A stretch of 64,000 nucleotides of DNA from an uncultured Planctomycetaceae bacterium (GTDB lineage: Bacteria; Planctomycetota; Planctomycetia; Isosphaerales; Isosphaeraceae): positions 2,784,001 through 2,848,000 of the forward strand of contig CAWIAD010000002.1 of NCBI GenBank assembly GCA_963833985.1. Direction: 5' to 3'. Shown here piece after piece: positions 28,138-39,152 of this stretch. Position 1 is the stretch's first letter, and each line of letters starts with the position of its first letter. The notes under the pieces are model-generated. The model was not told the origin of the DNA, ran no database searches, and was given only the letters and a program-made list of their open reading frames with translations. The position numbers were made by a program, and so were the translations under genes.

Positions 28138-29877
28138 GGGTGTAAGACGCGGTTCGCGCCGCCCGAGGCCGGTGGTAGCATGTCAAGTCAAGTTTCCCAA
28201 ATTGTCCGTCACCGGAAGTCCAAGGAGGGACCTGCTATGCCTTTCCGTAAGTCACCATCGATGGATCGCACCGGGGTCGAGCAGATGGCCAAAGGGTGGG
28301 GGAAAACTGTGGCGCGACGGGTCCACGAAGAAGTTGGGCCTGACCTGGACCTCGATGCCGACGACATGGAACAAATGGCCATGACCGCGGCCTGTGCCGT
28401 GGCCAAGGGAACCATCGAGGAACTCCTGAAGCAGAAAGCCTCCCTCTTGGGGGCCGAGCAGCCTTGTCCCAACTGCAAGCGGCTCTGTCCGGTGCAACGC
28501 AACGATCGAACCATTGAATTCTGGGGAGGCAAGGTCACCTACGCCGAACCGAAGTGCCACTGCCCGGCATGTCGCCGGGATTTTTTTCCCTCAGCGTCCG
28601 GCCTTGCGCCTCACGCCACATGACTACAGCCCTTCGGTGCTGCGCAAGATCGTCCGTTGCGGTGCCCGGGAGCCCTCCTTCCGGGAGGCGGCCGAGGCGA
28701 TGGCGGAATTGGCCGAGGTGACCATCGGCAGTCGGCAGATCGGCCGCATCGCCCAGGAGGTCGGCCAACAATTGCAGGCCGAGAGAGATCAGCATGTGAG
28801 CGAACTTCAAGCCCATAAGCTCGAGCCGCGAGTCGAGACACGGCCGGCTCTGGCAGTGGTCGAGGTTGACGGCGGCCGGCTGCAGATTCGCGGCCAGGGG
28901 GAAGGGCCCGGTGCCCATGATGCGTCCTGGCGTGAGGACAAGATCGCGATTCTGGCCACCATGGCCAATGTCGTCTCGGACTGCGACCCGGAGCCGGAGT
29001 TGCCCGCCTGCTACCGCGACCGGGGATACGTCGAGAAGCTTGTCGGCGGGATCAGCGGGTCGAGCTCGATGGGCCTACAGGAGGCCCCGGCGGAGAACAT
29101 CGACGAAGCATCTCTGCCGTCCCCCGGGGATCGGTCCGAGCCGAGGGAAAGGCCCGAACTGGTGGTGCGGACTTACGTGGCGAGCACCTGCTCCAGCGAG
29201 CAATTCGGGCCGATGGTGGCCGCGGAGGCGTGGCGACGCAATCTCATGAAAGCGGCTCATCGGGCGTTCCTGGGGGACGGCTCGGCCTGGATCTGGAAAT
29301 TGCAGCAACGGCATTTTCCGACCTTTCTGGCCATCGTTGATTTTCTCCACGCCCTGGGTCACCTGTTCGCGGCCGCCAAGGCTGCGGCGATCGAGACCGA
29401 AGGCCGCTGGGAGTTGTTCCAGGCATGGGCGGAGGCCTGCTGGAAGGGACGCGTGGGCCAGGTGATTGAGGAACTCCGTACCCTGCGAGATGCCCAGGCG
29501 TCCTTATCCGGAGACGAGCTCGAACGGCTGGCCGACGATGACCCGCGCAAGATCATCGCCCAAGAACTCGGCTACCTGGAGCATAATCGAGAGCGGATGG
29601 ACTACCCTGCTTATCGACGCGGGGGATTGCCGTGGACGAGCAGTCACGTGGAGTCGACCGTGAAGATCTTCAACCGGCGGGTCAAGGGGTCGGAGAAATT
29701 CTGGAGCGACGCCGGTGCCGAGACGATGCTTCAGCTTCGAGCGTCGTTCCTCTCGGAGGACGGACGCCTGGATCGGTACCTCAAAGAGAGGCCCAGCAGC
29801 CCCTTCCGCAACTATAAAGCCAGGGAAACTGGGAAAGCGGCGTAGGACCTCAGAAAAACGAACCGTGTCTTACACCC
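28138..29877 (+). mobile_element. ISKra4-family (IS256-related) insertion sequence, intact
   Basis: IRs GGGTGTAAGACGCGGTTCG (28138-28156) and CGAACCGTGTCTTACACCC (29859-29877), 18/19. Perfect 9-bp target duplication CCCAGGCGC (28129-28137, 29878-29886). Confidence 0.92.
28237..29845 (+). CDS. ISKra4-type DDE transposase split into two frames at T7CCC (28581-28590)
   Basis: ORF1 has a CPNC...CHCPAC zinc ribbon ending DFFP. ORF2 (+1 frame) has VEVDGG, LGDGSAWIW, VDFLHA and SSHVES. Confidence 0.88.
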
Positions 29878-30693
29878 CCCAGGCGCGCTGGCGGGGCATC
29901 GATTCCCTATATGTGCAACCATGCGTGATACACAAAGAAAGAAGTTCGAAGAACACCGGAAATCGTGGAAGGATCGAGGTGCCAACGCATCCTCTGCAAA
30001 CTCGCGGATGGCGTCGATACACCCTCTACCGGTGGATCAGCACTCTGCACCTCTTGGCCAGGGGCCCCGGGGTTCACGGAATCAGGCCCCACTGGCATGC
30101 AGGAATCCGCGATCGCAAAGCGCTTGGAGTGAATGGTCAAGGAGAAGGTAGTAAAGCGCCTCGATCACGGGAAGTCGGTGTCGGAGAGGTCAAAGACTGC
30201 GATGGCATGCGTGGAAACGCTGCTCAACCTCGGCTCACCGAATTCGGCTCGCCTCAGGCGGGATCCCCTTGTGGCTGCCTCACGGGACGGTATCTCGAAC
30301 GCTGCTCCACAAGTTCAAATCTGCACCCGGTGCCCGTCGATCCCCGCCTCCTTTTCCACTTCCAGGCTTTCGCAAGGAGACGCGATGCCGCACGAGGATC
30401 CGGCGCGCTCTGGCGGAACACGCCGCGGAAGTGCGTCAAGTTCCGGGAGGGGAACGCGGGCGGCCGCTTCCCACGAATGCGATCGCGAACCCGGGCCGGA
30501 CCGTCTGAGCGAGCGCACGGGCGGCGTGCTCTCGGCTGGACGCGGCACAACCGGGTTCAGGGACGCTGATTCTGCCACGCCACGCTAACCCCGCACTCGC
30601 AGCAGCCTGGCGCTGGGGCAGGACAGAGTCGGACCGCGCGCATTTCCCAGCAAGCCGTGGGACTTTCTTTCAAACTCAACAGGAGCCACACCC

Positions 30694-32644
30694 GTGCTTC
30701 GATCCTCACCAAGATCCGGGCGACATGCGGAAGAGCCGCCTCGGCGGCAGGCCGGGCGGCGGTACCGGCGTCCCGCCATCGATTTGCTGGAGAGCCGCCA
30801 GTTGATGGCGGCCGCCTTGACGGCCAGCAGCGTGCCGCTTGTTCCCTCACCTATTGAAGGTCAGTCCTTCACCGGGATCGTCGCCCGTTTCAGCGACGCC
30901 GATTCAAACACCGATCCCACCGCATATGCGGTGTCGGTTCAGTGGGGTGACGGCACGGCCTCGCAGGGCACGGTGACGGTCGATCCGAACGGCGGGTTCG
31001 ATGTCACCGGTACGCACACTTACGCCAGGCCCGGCGCAGTTCCGGCTCACGGCCCAGATCGCCGACCAGGACGCCGACGCGACCTCGATCTCCACCACCA
31101 ACGTGGTCTCCGAGGCCGCCATCACGGCCGCGGGGACGACCATCAACCTGATGCACGGCAGAATGCTGTCGAACGTCGTCGTGGGCACGTTCACAGACGC
31201 TGACCCGGCCCTTCGTGCCTCGGCGTTCTCCGCAACGATCGACTGGGGCGACGGACGAACCTCGGTGGGACGGGTTGTGGCGCTCAGGTCCGGAGGTTTC
31301 GAGGTCCGGGGTTCGCATACTTACGCCGCGCCCGGTTCCTATGCCGCGAGCGTGCACATCCAGCAAGGGAAGCTGGGTAGCCCGGCCCAGTTCTTCACGG
31401 AGTCCGACCTCATCTCCGATGGGTCGATCCCCGCCGACCACATCGACCCGGAGCTGGTCAATCCCTGGGGGCTGGTGGCGAGCGGGGCCAGCCCGTTCTG
31501 GGACGGCAATAACGGAACCGGGACATCCTCGCTCTTTGATGGAGCGGGCAATGTGAGCACGGGTCTGCCCTTCGTCACCGTGCCTCCGCCTGGCGGCAGC
31601 GCGCCGGGAACGACGTCGGCACCTACCGGAATCGTCGCGAACGGGACCTCGTCCTTCGTGGTGAGCTTCACAAACGCCCAGGGCGTGACAACCAGCGGGC
31701 CGTCGGCGTTTCTCTTCGCCACCGAGGACGGCACCATCAGCGGCTGGAACCCCAGGGTCTCGCCCACCGGATCCAGCTTCTCGGTGCAGGCCGTGCTCGG
31801 GGTGGACAACTCGGCCTCGGGTGCGGTTTACAAGGGTTTGACCGAGGTGACCTTCGGTACTGGCGAGGCACTGCCCGCCGGTTCGTACCTGTTCGCCACG
31901 AACTTCCATGCCGGCACGATCGACGTATTCAACTCCAGCTTCCAGCCGGTGAGCGTTCCCGCCGGGGCGTTCCAGGACACCAGTCTGCCCGCCGGCTACG
32001 CACCCTTCGGCATCCAGACCATCGGCAACGCGATCTACGTGAGCTACGCCATGCAGGACGCAGCCAGGCACGATGACGTCGCAGGCGCAGGGCACGGCTT
32101 TGTGGACGTCTATTCCTTGAGTGGATCGCTGCTCATGAAGCTGGGAGGTCCGGGGCTTCAACCCGAGCTCAATTCTCCGTGGGGCATCGTCCAGGCGCCG
32201 GCGAGCTTCGGCCCGTTTGGGAATGCGATCCTGGTCGGCAACTTCGGCGATAGCCACATCAGTGCCTTCGACTCGACCACGGGCGCCTTTCTCGGCCAGT
32301 TGAGCGACGCCCAGGGCCATCCGCTGGTGCTCGCCGGCGGTGTGTCGGGCAGCGATACGAAGGGTCTTTGGGGACTCTCCTTCGGGAATGGCAAAGGGTC
32401 GGGAAGCACCAGCACGCTCTACTTCAACACTGGCTTCAACGACGAGCAGGACGGGCTCTTCGGCAGCCTGACGGCCAGCTCGGCCGCCACGGCCAGCGCG
32501 CACTCGATCGTCGCGATTCCCGCGCACTCCGCTGGTGCGGCCTCGGCCCCGTCAGGCCGGACTTCCGCGGCCGCGGAGGCGATCGACATCGCCATCCTGT
32601 CTCTGCTGGAGCATCGCGATCGGCTGCACCATCGCTCTGCGTGA
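30694..32644 (+). CDS. Exported TIGR03118-family protein with N-terminal PKD/Ig-like repeats, frameshift near 31035
   Basis: LLESRQLMA export motif, two WGDG...GxHTY repeats, LVNPWGL, PTGIV, FATEDGTISGW, LNSPWG, LVGNFGD and GLWGLSF. Confidence 0.8.
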
Positions 32645-32852
32645 GAGGTCAGATCGGGCTCTCTCGAGTACGGCTGGGTGCGCGGGGTCAGGGACGAGCC
32701 CGCGGCACTCGGCCATCGCGCTTTCCGGATGTTACGAGATCCGTGCCGCGGCAGGCACCGTGGATGGCTCACGCCACCGGCATCCGGCTGGGGTTATGGC
32801 GCCCGGGCCTGCAACGATAAGATGATCCTCGACACGGGAACGGAGGTGAGGC

Positions 32853-33437
32853 GTGAGCAGTGAGACATCGCAGGGAACAGTCGGTGAGTACATCGCGCGT
32901 ATCCGGGCCGGCGACGAGGACGCGGCAAGCGAGCTGCTGCGGCGCTACGAACCGAAGGTGCGGCTGGTCGTACGGCGGCAACTGCCGCGGTTGCTGCGCT
33001 CGAAGTTCGACTCGCTGGATTTTCTCCAGAGCGTCTGGGGCAGCTTTTTCCATCGCGTTCGCACGGGAAGCACTGACATCGAGGACGAGCCGAACCTGGT
33101 CGCCTTTCTTACCTGGGCCGCACGCAATCGCGTCTTCGACGAGTACCGGCGCGCCTCGACCCGTAAGCATGACGTGCGCCGGGAGGAGCCGCTGGGCCAG
33201 GGCGATGATCCGGAGCAGGGCCTGGTCGCGTCCCTGGAAACCGCCAGCGAGATCGTGCAGGCCCGGGAGACCTACGAGCAACTGCGGAAACGGGTTCCCG
33301 AGGATCGGCAAGCCGTCTTGATGTTGAAAGCAGAAGGGTACTCCTGCCGCGAGATTGGCGAGCGCCTGGGCCTGAGCGAGCGGACCGTGCAGCGCGTCAT
33401 CGAGAGCCTCCGGGAGAGCACGCGGGATAGCTCGTGA
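32853..33437 (+). CDS. ECF sigma factor (kinase-associated type)
   Basis: GDEDAASELLRRY region 2, FDSLDFLQSVW, region 4 HTH EGYSCREIGERLGLSERTVQR. Confidence 0.9.
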   Translation: MSSETSQGTVGEYIARIRAGDEDAASELLRRYEPKVRLVVRRQLPRLLRSKFDSLDFLQSVWGSFFHRVRTGSTDIEDEPNLVAFLTWAARNRVFDEYRRASTRKHDVRREEPLGQGDDPEQGLVASLETASEIVQARETYEQLRKRVPEDRQAVLMLKAEGYSCREIGERLGLSERTVQRVIESLRESTRDSS

Positions 33438-33449
33438 CGAGGTGGACCG

Positions 33450-36400
33450 ATGATTTCCGACCCACTCTGGGACCAGGCGGACGGCCCCGAGCCGCGATTG
33501 CTGGCAGAGCGGTTCGAGACCGCGTGGCGCGCGGGCCACATGCGGCGCCCGGACCCGGCAGAGTTCCTGAGCAGTGATCGTGCCGCGGACCCGGCCGCCC
33601 TGCTGGCTCTGCTGCGCACCGACCTGGTCTTGCATCACGAAGTGGGTGAGCCCCTCGCCGTCGAGAGCTACCGTGACCGCTTTCCCGGCCTGCCCGCCGC
33701 CGTGCTGGTCGCCCTGCTCTACGAGGAATACTGCCTGCGCGAGGACACCGCCCAGGCTCCGACCCTGAGCGAATACGAGCGCCGCTTTCCCGCGCTCGCG
33801 GGCGAGCTGCGCGAGATCCTCGAGATCCACAGCCTCGTCCGCAATGGACAGCACCGGGTCTCGCCCGCCACCGGCCTTCCCGCCTCTCCGTTCCCCGAGG
33901 TCAGCCAGACGATTGCCGGTTACCACCTGGTGGAGGAGCTGGGCCGCGGCGCCTTCGCGCGGGTCTTTCTGGCACGCGAACGCGCGCTGGCAGACCGCCT
34001 TGTGGCGCTGAAGGTGGCCCGCAACGGCTCGCGAGAGCCCCAGACGCTGGCCCGATTGCAGCACACACACATCGTGCCGGTGTACTCGTACCGGATCGAT
34101 CCGGCGACGGGCCTGCACATGTTATGCATGCCTTACCTGGGCAGCGTGACTCTCGCCGACATCCTGGCCTATCCTCGGTCAAGGAGCTGGAGATCCGGGG
34201 CCGACCTCGTCGCCGCGCTCGATGCGCTCGGCGCAAGCCCGATGACCGAAGTGCAACGTCCCGAGGGGAGGCGAGAGCTGATCGGCCGCTCCCATGCGCG
34301 TGCCGTCGCCTGGTGGGGAGCCCGGCTTGCCGAGGCGCTTCAGCATGCGCACGACCGTGGCGTGCTGCACCGCGACGTCAAGCCCTCGAACATCCTCATC
34401 ACTGGCGACGGTTTGCCGATGCTGCTGGATTTCAACCTGGCGCAGGAGTGCTGGGTGTCCGATCCACAGGCCGCCTCCGCCGCGCTGGGCGGAACCCTGG
34501 CCTACATGGCACCGGAGCATCTGGAAGCCCTCGCGGATGGGCATGGCCAGCGCGTGGACGGCCGTGCCGACGTGTATGCGCTGGGAGTGGTGCTGTTCGA
34601 GGCGTTGAATGACGGCCGGCGGCTTTTTGCGTCTCCGCGAACAAGCACTTCCGTCCCCGAGCTGTTACGCCGCGCCGCAAGGGAGCGGCGCGCAACGGTG
34701 CTCAGGCTGCGCGCCGTGCGTCCAGACATTCCACTGGAGCTCGAGGCCGTGGTAAGGCGCTGCCTGGCTCCGGACCCGGCGGAGCGGTATGCCGCCCCCT
34801 CTGAGCTTGCGGCGGACCTGCAAGCCGTTGCCGACGATGCGCCCTTGCGGCACGCCCCGGAACCGCTGACCAGCCAGGCCAGGCGCTGGCTGCGCCGGCA
34901 TCGCCGTACGCTGGCCCTGGCCGCTCCTGTCGTCCTGGTCCTGGCGTCGCTCGCCGTGATGACCGTCAATGCCAGGCTTGCCGGGCTCAAGCTCGCCGCG
35001 GAGATCGAGCTCGAGATGCGCGAGGCCGAGCATTCCTTTGCCGCCGATCAGCTCGAGCAGGCGGCGGGCCAGTTCGGCACGGCCATGCGGCTGGCGGCTG
35101 GCAGTCCGGCGCTCGTGTCGCTCCGGGACACCTGCCTGGAGCGCCGAAGTCTCGCGCTCGCGGCCAGGGAGGTGCGCGACCGTGCCGATGCACTCTCGCG
35201 GCAAGCCGAGACATTGCGCTTCGGTCTGCTTGGGTTCGGCGGCGATCCGCAAGCCGCGCTGCACGATGTCGAGGAGGTCCTCGGCAAGTTCGCGATTCCC
35301 GCCAGGGTGAACTGGTCCGATCAGCAGGAGCTGCAACTTCTGGATGCCCCTCGCCGCGCTCGCCTGTTTGCGGAAGCCAACGAGCTGCTGTTCCTGTGGA
35401 TCCTGGCGCTGGACCGCGGCCGTCCGGCGGAGCCGGAGAGAGACCGCCGGTCGCTGGAGCTCTGTCATGCCGCTCAGGTCTTTGCCGCGGATGCGGGTCC
35501 CTGGCCCGCCCTGACAGCACGCTACGAGGCACGCCTGGCCGGGCGGCGGGTGCGCCCGGCCGCGGATCTACCTCCGCCGGACGCATCGGCCCTGGCCTGC
35601 TTCCAGTGGGGCCTGCTACGTCACCTGGAGGGAAAGCCGGATGCAGCCATCGCCTGCCTGGAGCGCGCGGTACAGCTCAAGCCCGATGATTTCTGGTTTC
35701 AGTTCTACCTGGGCTACCGGCACCAACGCGCAGGACGCGTCCAGCAGGCGATCGAACACGACAGCGTGGCCATTTCGCATCGCTCCGAAATGCCCTGGGC
35801 CCTGTACAACCGGGCGCAGCTCCGCCGCCAGCAGGGGGAGTGGGAACTGGCCCTCGCCGACATCCAGAATGCCCTCGCCGCCGCCCGGAAAGGGGGCTTC
35901 GAGTTCATCGAGGCACGCCTGGAGCTGGGAGTCGTGCGCGAGTTTCTGGGCGATCTTGCGGCAGCACGCGCCGAGTATCAGAAGGTCATCGACGCCGGCG
36001 GAAAGGAAGCCTACACCCGGGCGGCCCGGCTCAACCTGGCCAAGCTCGATCTCAACAACGGATCCCGGGCACGGGCCCAGGCCCTGTGGAGCGTTCTCCG
36101 CACGCACGAGTCGCTTGATCCTGGCGAGCGTTTCAGCCTTGCCGTGCTGGCGATGCGGCTCGGTGAACCGGCATGGGCGGAGTCCAGCCTGACATCGCTG
36201 CTCCGCGACCGCGGTGGCGATGCAGCCGAGATCCGCTCGCAGCGCGCGGTCTGCCGGCTGGCGCTCGGCAAGAGCGCCGAGGCCTGGGCGGACGCTGATG
36301 CGGCGCTTTCACTTCATCCCTGCCCCGGGCACGAGCGGCTGCGGCTTCGCGCACTCCTCGCCAGTCGTCCCGCAGCCGACCTGCACGAGCTGTTCGTCCT

Positions 36401-37176
36401 GGACGACCCGGAGGAGGTCCGGCGGCTGGATGTGGCCGGTGGCACGTTCCAGCAGGATCTCCGCACCGCGGCACAGCGACTGCGCGTGCTGGCCCGGCGC
36501 CGAGCCGTCCTCGCCGCCCCGGCGTTGCGCACCTGCGCGGTGCTGCTTGCCACCCTTCGCGACCCGGACGCCGGACCGGAAGCAACCCGGGCGGTGGCTG
36601 CGGCGCCGACATCCGCCGATGGCTACCTGGTCCGTGCCCGCATCGCGCGGCTGGCGGGCAACTTGCACGCCGCGCTGGCCGATATCGGCGTGGGCCTGAC
36701 ACTCGCTCCGGCGGATCCAAGGCTGCGCGAGCTGCGCGGCCGGCTGCTGCTGGATCTGGGCAAGCCGGCAGCCGCTCTGACCGATCTCGACCACGTAGGC
36801 GTACGCGGGGTCCGCGGCCCGGCGCACGCGGCCCGCGCCTCGGCACTCGAGCTCCCTCGCTCGCGACCACGAAGCGCTGGACGCCTGGTCCGCTGCGCTG
36901 GCCTTCGACGCTGAGGATGCGCAGGCCTACCTGGGCCGGGCGCGGAGCTTGCTGCGGCTGGGCCGCTGGCAGGACGCCTGTGCCGACCTGGAGCAGGCGG
37001 CAGGATGGTCGCGGAACCGCCCCGGCCTGCTCCTCCGCATCACGCTGACGTATGCGACCTCCGTGGCGCTCCATCCCGGCAAGCTCCCTCATGCCAGGGA
37101 CCTTGCTCGCCAGACCCTGCAAGCCTGGACCAGCTCGCTGGCCACGGCGGGGACGGGAGCTGCATCCGGAGAGTGA
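33450..37176 (+). CDS. Membrane Ser/Thr kinase with TPR repeats, frameshift near 36860
   Basis: GRGAFA, VALK, HRDVKPSN, LDFNLA and YMAPE motifs. TM segment, then TPR-like repeats. The last TPRs continue in another frame to TGA 37176. Confidence 0.85.
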
Positions 37177-37187
37177 GCCCCCGCGGA

Positions 37188-38648
37188 TCAGAGCAGGGGG
37201 AATGGTCCATTGCGCGGCTTCCTGGCCGCCCGAGTCGGGACTCGGGGCCGGAAGAACGCACGCCGGTGCGGCAACAGATCGAGGAACTGTGCCGGATCGA
37301 TGGATATGCCGTAAGCTGCGGCCAGGGCCGCGTAGCACGTGCCCGCGGAGACGGAGGGCGGACCGGCCGGCTGCTGTGCTCGCAACCCCGGGGCCGCAAT
37401 GGCCACCATCAAGGGGCCAAGGGCGGCCGCGCATGGTTCCGTTGTGGTCGTGACCGCACCTTCGATGAGCCCGTGGCCATTGGCCCGGGACGTCGTCTCC
37501 CGCTCGCCTTCTTGCCAGTCACCGGTCGCGGTCGCGGCCAGGACCGGCAACCCGCCCGGCCCCTGGATGGCGACCAGGGGCCGCGGTCCCTCGGAATCAT
37601 CTCCATCGCCTGAACGATTCTCGAATGCGTGGGCGAAAGCCACTGCACCCGAGGGTCGGTCCGCGAGCAAGTCCGAGCGACCTGGCGCCGGGGCGGCCAT
37701 GGCAAGCGTGACGGTGGGAGCGGTGTCGGACAGGAATCCGGCCGAAGGGGCAGCCGCCAGCGCCGAGGAGTGGGCCGAGGTCAATGCCGACGCACTCATG
37801 GCGGACGCGCTGCCGGTAGACCCTGCCGAGACGGACACGTCCCGTCCCGGTCCTGCGAAATTGAGAGGGCCGGCTGCCGTGATCGCGGCCTCGGACGCAC
37901 CTCCGTCCAGGCTCAACCCCGCGGACCCCGCCTCGGCGGACGAGGCTCGCAGGAACCACAGCTGGTAATTCACGGCGGTTCCATCCTGGCCGGAGTTCGC
38001 GGAATCAACTCCGATATAGACGTTCGAGCCGCTCACGAGCCCGGAGAGCCCGGACACGACGCTCCGGTCGACCACGCCGCCGGAGGTCGTCGCCGTCGCG
38101 AGCACCCGCCCCTGGGCGTCAAAGATCCACAGCCGCAGCGTGGGGGTACTGCCGTTCAGGCCCGCAGCAACAGCCAGGCGCAGGGCGAGTATCCCCGAGC
38201 CGAGCTGCACGCGGTAAAGATCGACCGCGTCGCCGCTGTCGTATGAGCCGGGGACCCCGACGAACGGAACATTCGGGATCTCCTGCGCCGTGGCGACGGT
38301 GCCATGAAATCCCGGCGTCTCCGGCACGACCACGTACGAAGCCGAACCCGAAGACGGAGCGTACGACTCGTTATGCTCTGAGGATGCAGCCGGCCCCGGG
38401 TTTTCGTGAGAGTCGACGCCAGGACGAGCGACCGCTGCCGCGGGTTGTGGCGCGAGGGTCCACCTGCGGACCGCCAGGAACGGGTCCAGGCCGGCGGCCC
38501 GAGCGTCCATGAGAGACGAGCCGCCCGCCATCAGGAGACGAGGCTCCAGGACTTCCAGGCAGATTCGCGATCGATCCGCGCGCTGCCTGGAAAGGACCGG
38601 GTCTCGTTTCCGCCGGCCTGAACTGGGACGGAGAGGTCGGCGCTGCAT
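37188..38648 (-). CDS. Exported protein with LEPRxLL motif and PPC-like domain
   Basis: CLEVLEPRLLMAG, DAVDLYRVQL...LWIFDAQG...YQL, Ala/Ser-rich tail. Confidence 0.65.
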   Translation of the reverse strand: MQRRPLRPSSGRRKRDPVLSRQRADRSRICLEVLEPRLLMAGGSSLMDARAAGLDPFLAVRRWTLAPQPAAAVARPGVDSHENPGPAASSEHNESYAPSSGSASYVVVPETPGFHGTVATAQEIPNVPFVGVPGSYDSGDAVDLYRVQLGSGILALRLAVAAGLNGSTPTLRLWIFDAQGRVLATATTSGGVVDRSVVSGLSGLVSGSNVYIGVDSANSGQDGTAVNYQLWFLRASSAEAGSAGLSLDGGASEAAITAAGPLNFAGPGRDVSVSAGSTGSASAMSASALTSAHSSALAAAPSAGFLSDTAPTVTLAMAAPAPGRSDLLADRPSGAVAFAHAFENRSGDGDDSEGPRPLVAIQGPGGLPVLAATATGDWQEGERETTSRANGHGLIEGAVTTTTEPCAAALGPLMVAIAAPGLRAQQPAGPPSVSAGTCYAALAAAYGISIDPAQFLDLLPHRRAFFRPRVPTRAARKPRNGPFPLL

Positions 38649-39152
38649 TGCGAACTTTCCGCAGTTAAAGCCTGATGCGGGGACGACGCCGACGTGTGAT
38701 CATCCTACGGTGCCGGGAACCTCGAATACCAACTGAAAATCTCGGAACCCGCATGCCCGCGGGCCATTTCGCCGGACTCTCCTTCTGCTTTGACGCGGAA
38801 CCAGGACGGATCCCGACACGATTTCTTGTGACATTTTTCGATCGCCCGCGCTGGCGCGATCGCCCCGGGCTCGGTCCGCTGGATCACGTAGCAGCAAGCG
38901 CCCCGGCGCGCCTGGTGGGAACGCTCGGTTCTGCTCAACGGTGGACACGAAAACCAGATTCGCGGCGAGGTCTTCCTCTGGCAGGGCGCAGGGATGCGTC
39001 CGGCCTGGCCGCCTTCCGGCCTTGAAGCTCTCTTGCATGAGAGACGCACAAGGTGCTGAACTGGGGTGGCTTCCCGAGGAAGATGGCGTCGTGACCCGGT
39101 TGGCGAGAGACGTCCCCTCGCGGTTTCAGGCTCCTGTACCCACGGCTTGTCC

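Noticed and set aside
29887..30693. ORFs or a structured RNA in the 800-bp gap after ISKra4
   Set aside because: No ORF has a recognisable motif and I see no tRNA or known ncRNA signature. An Rfam/Infernal search would be needed.
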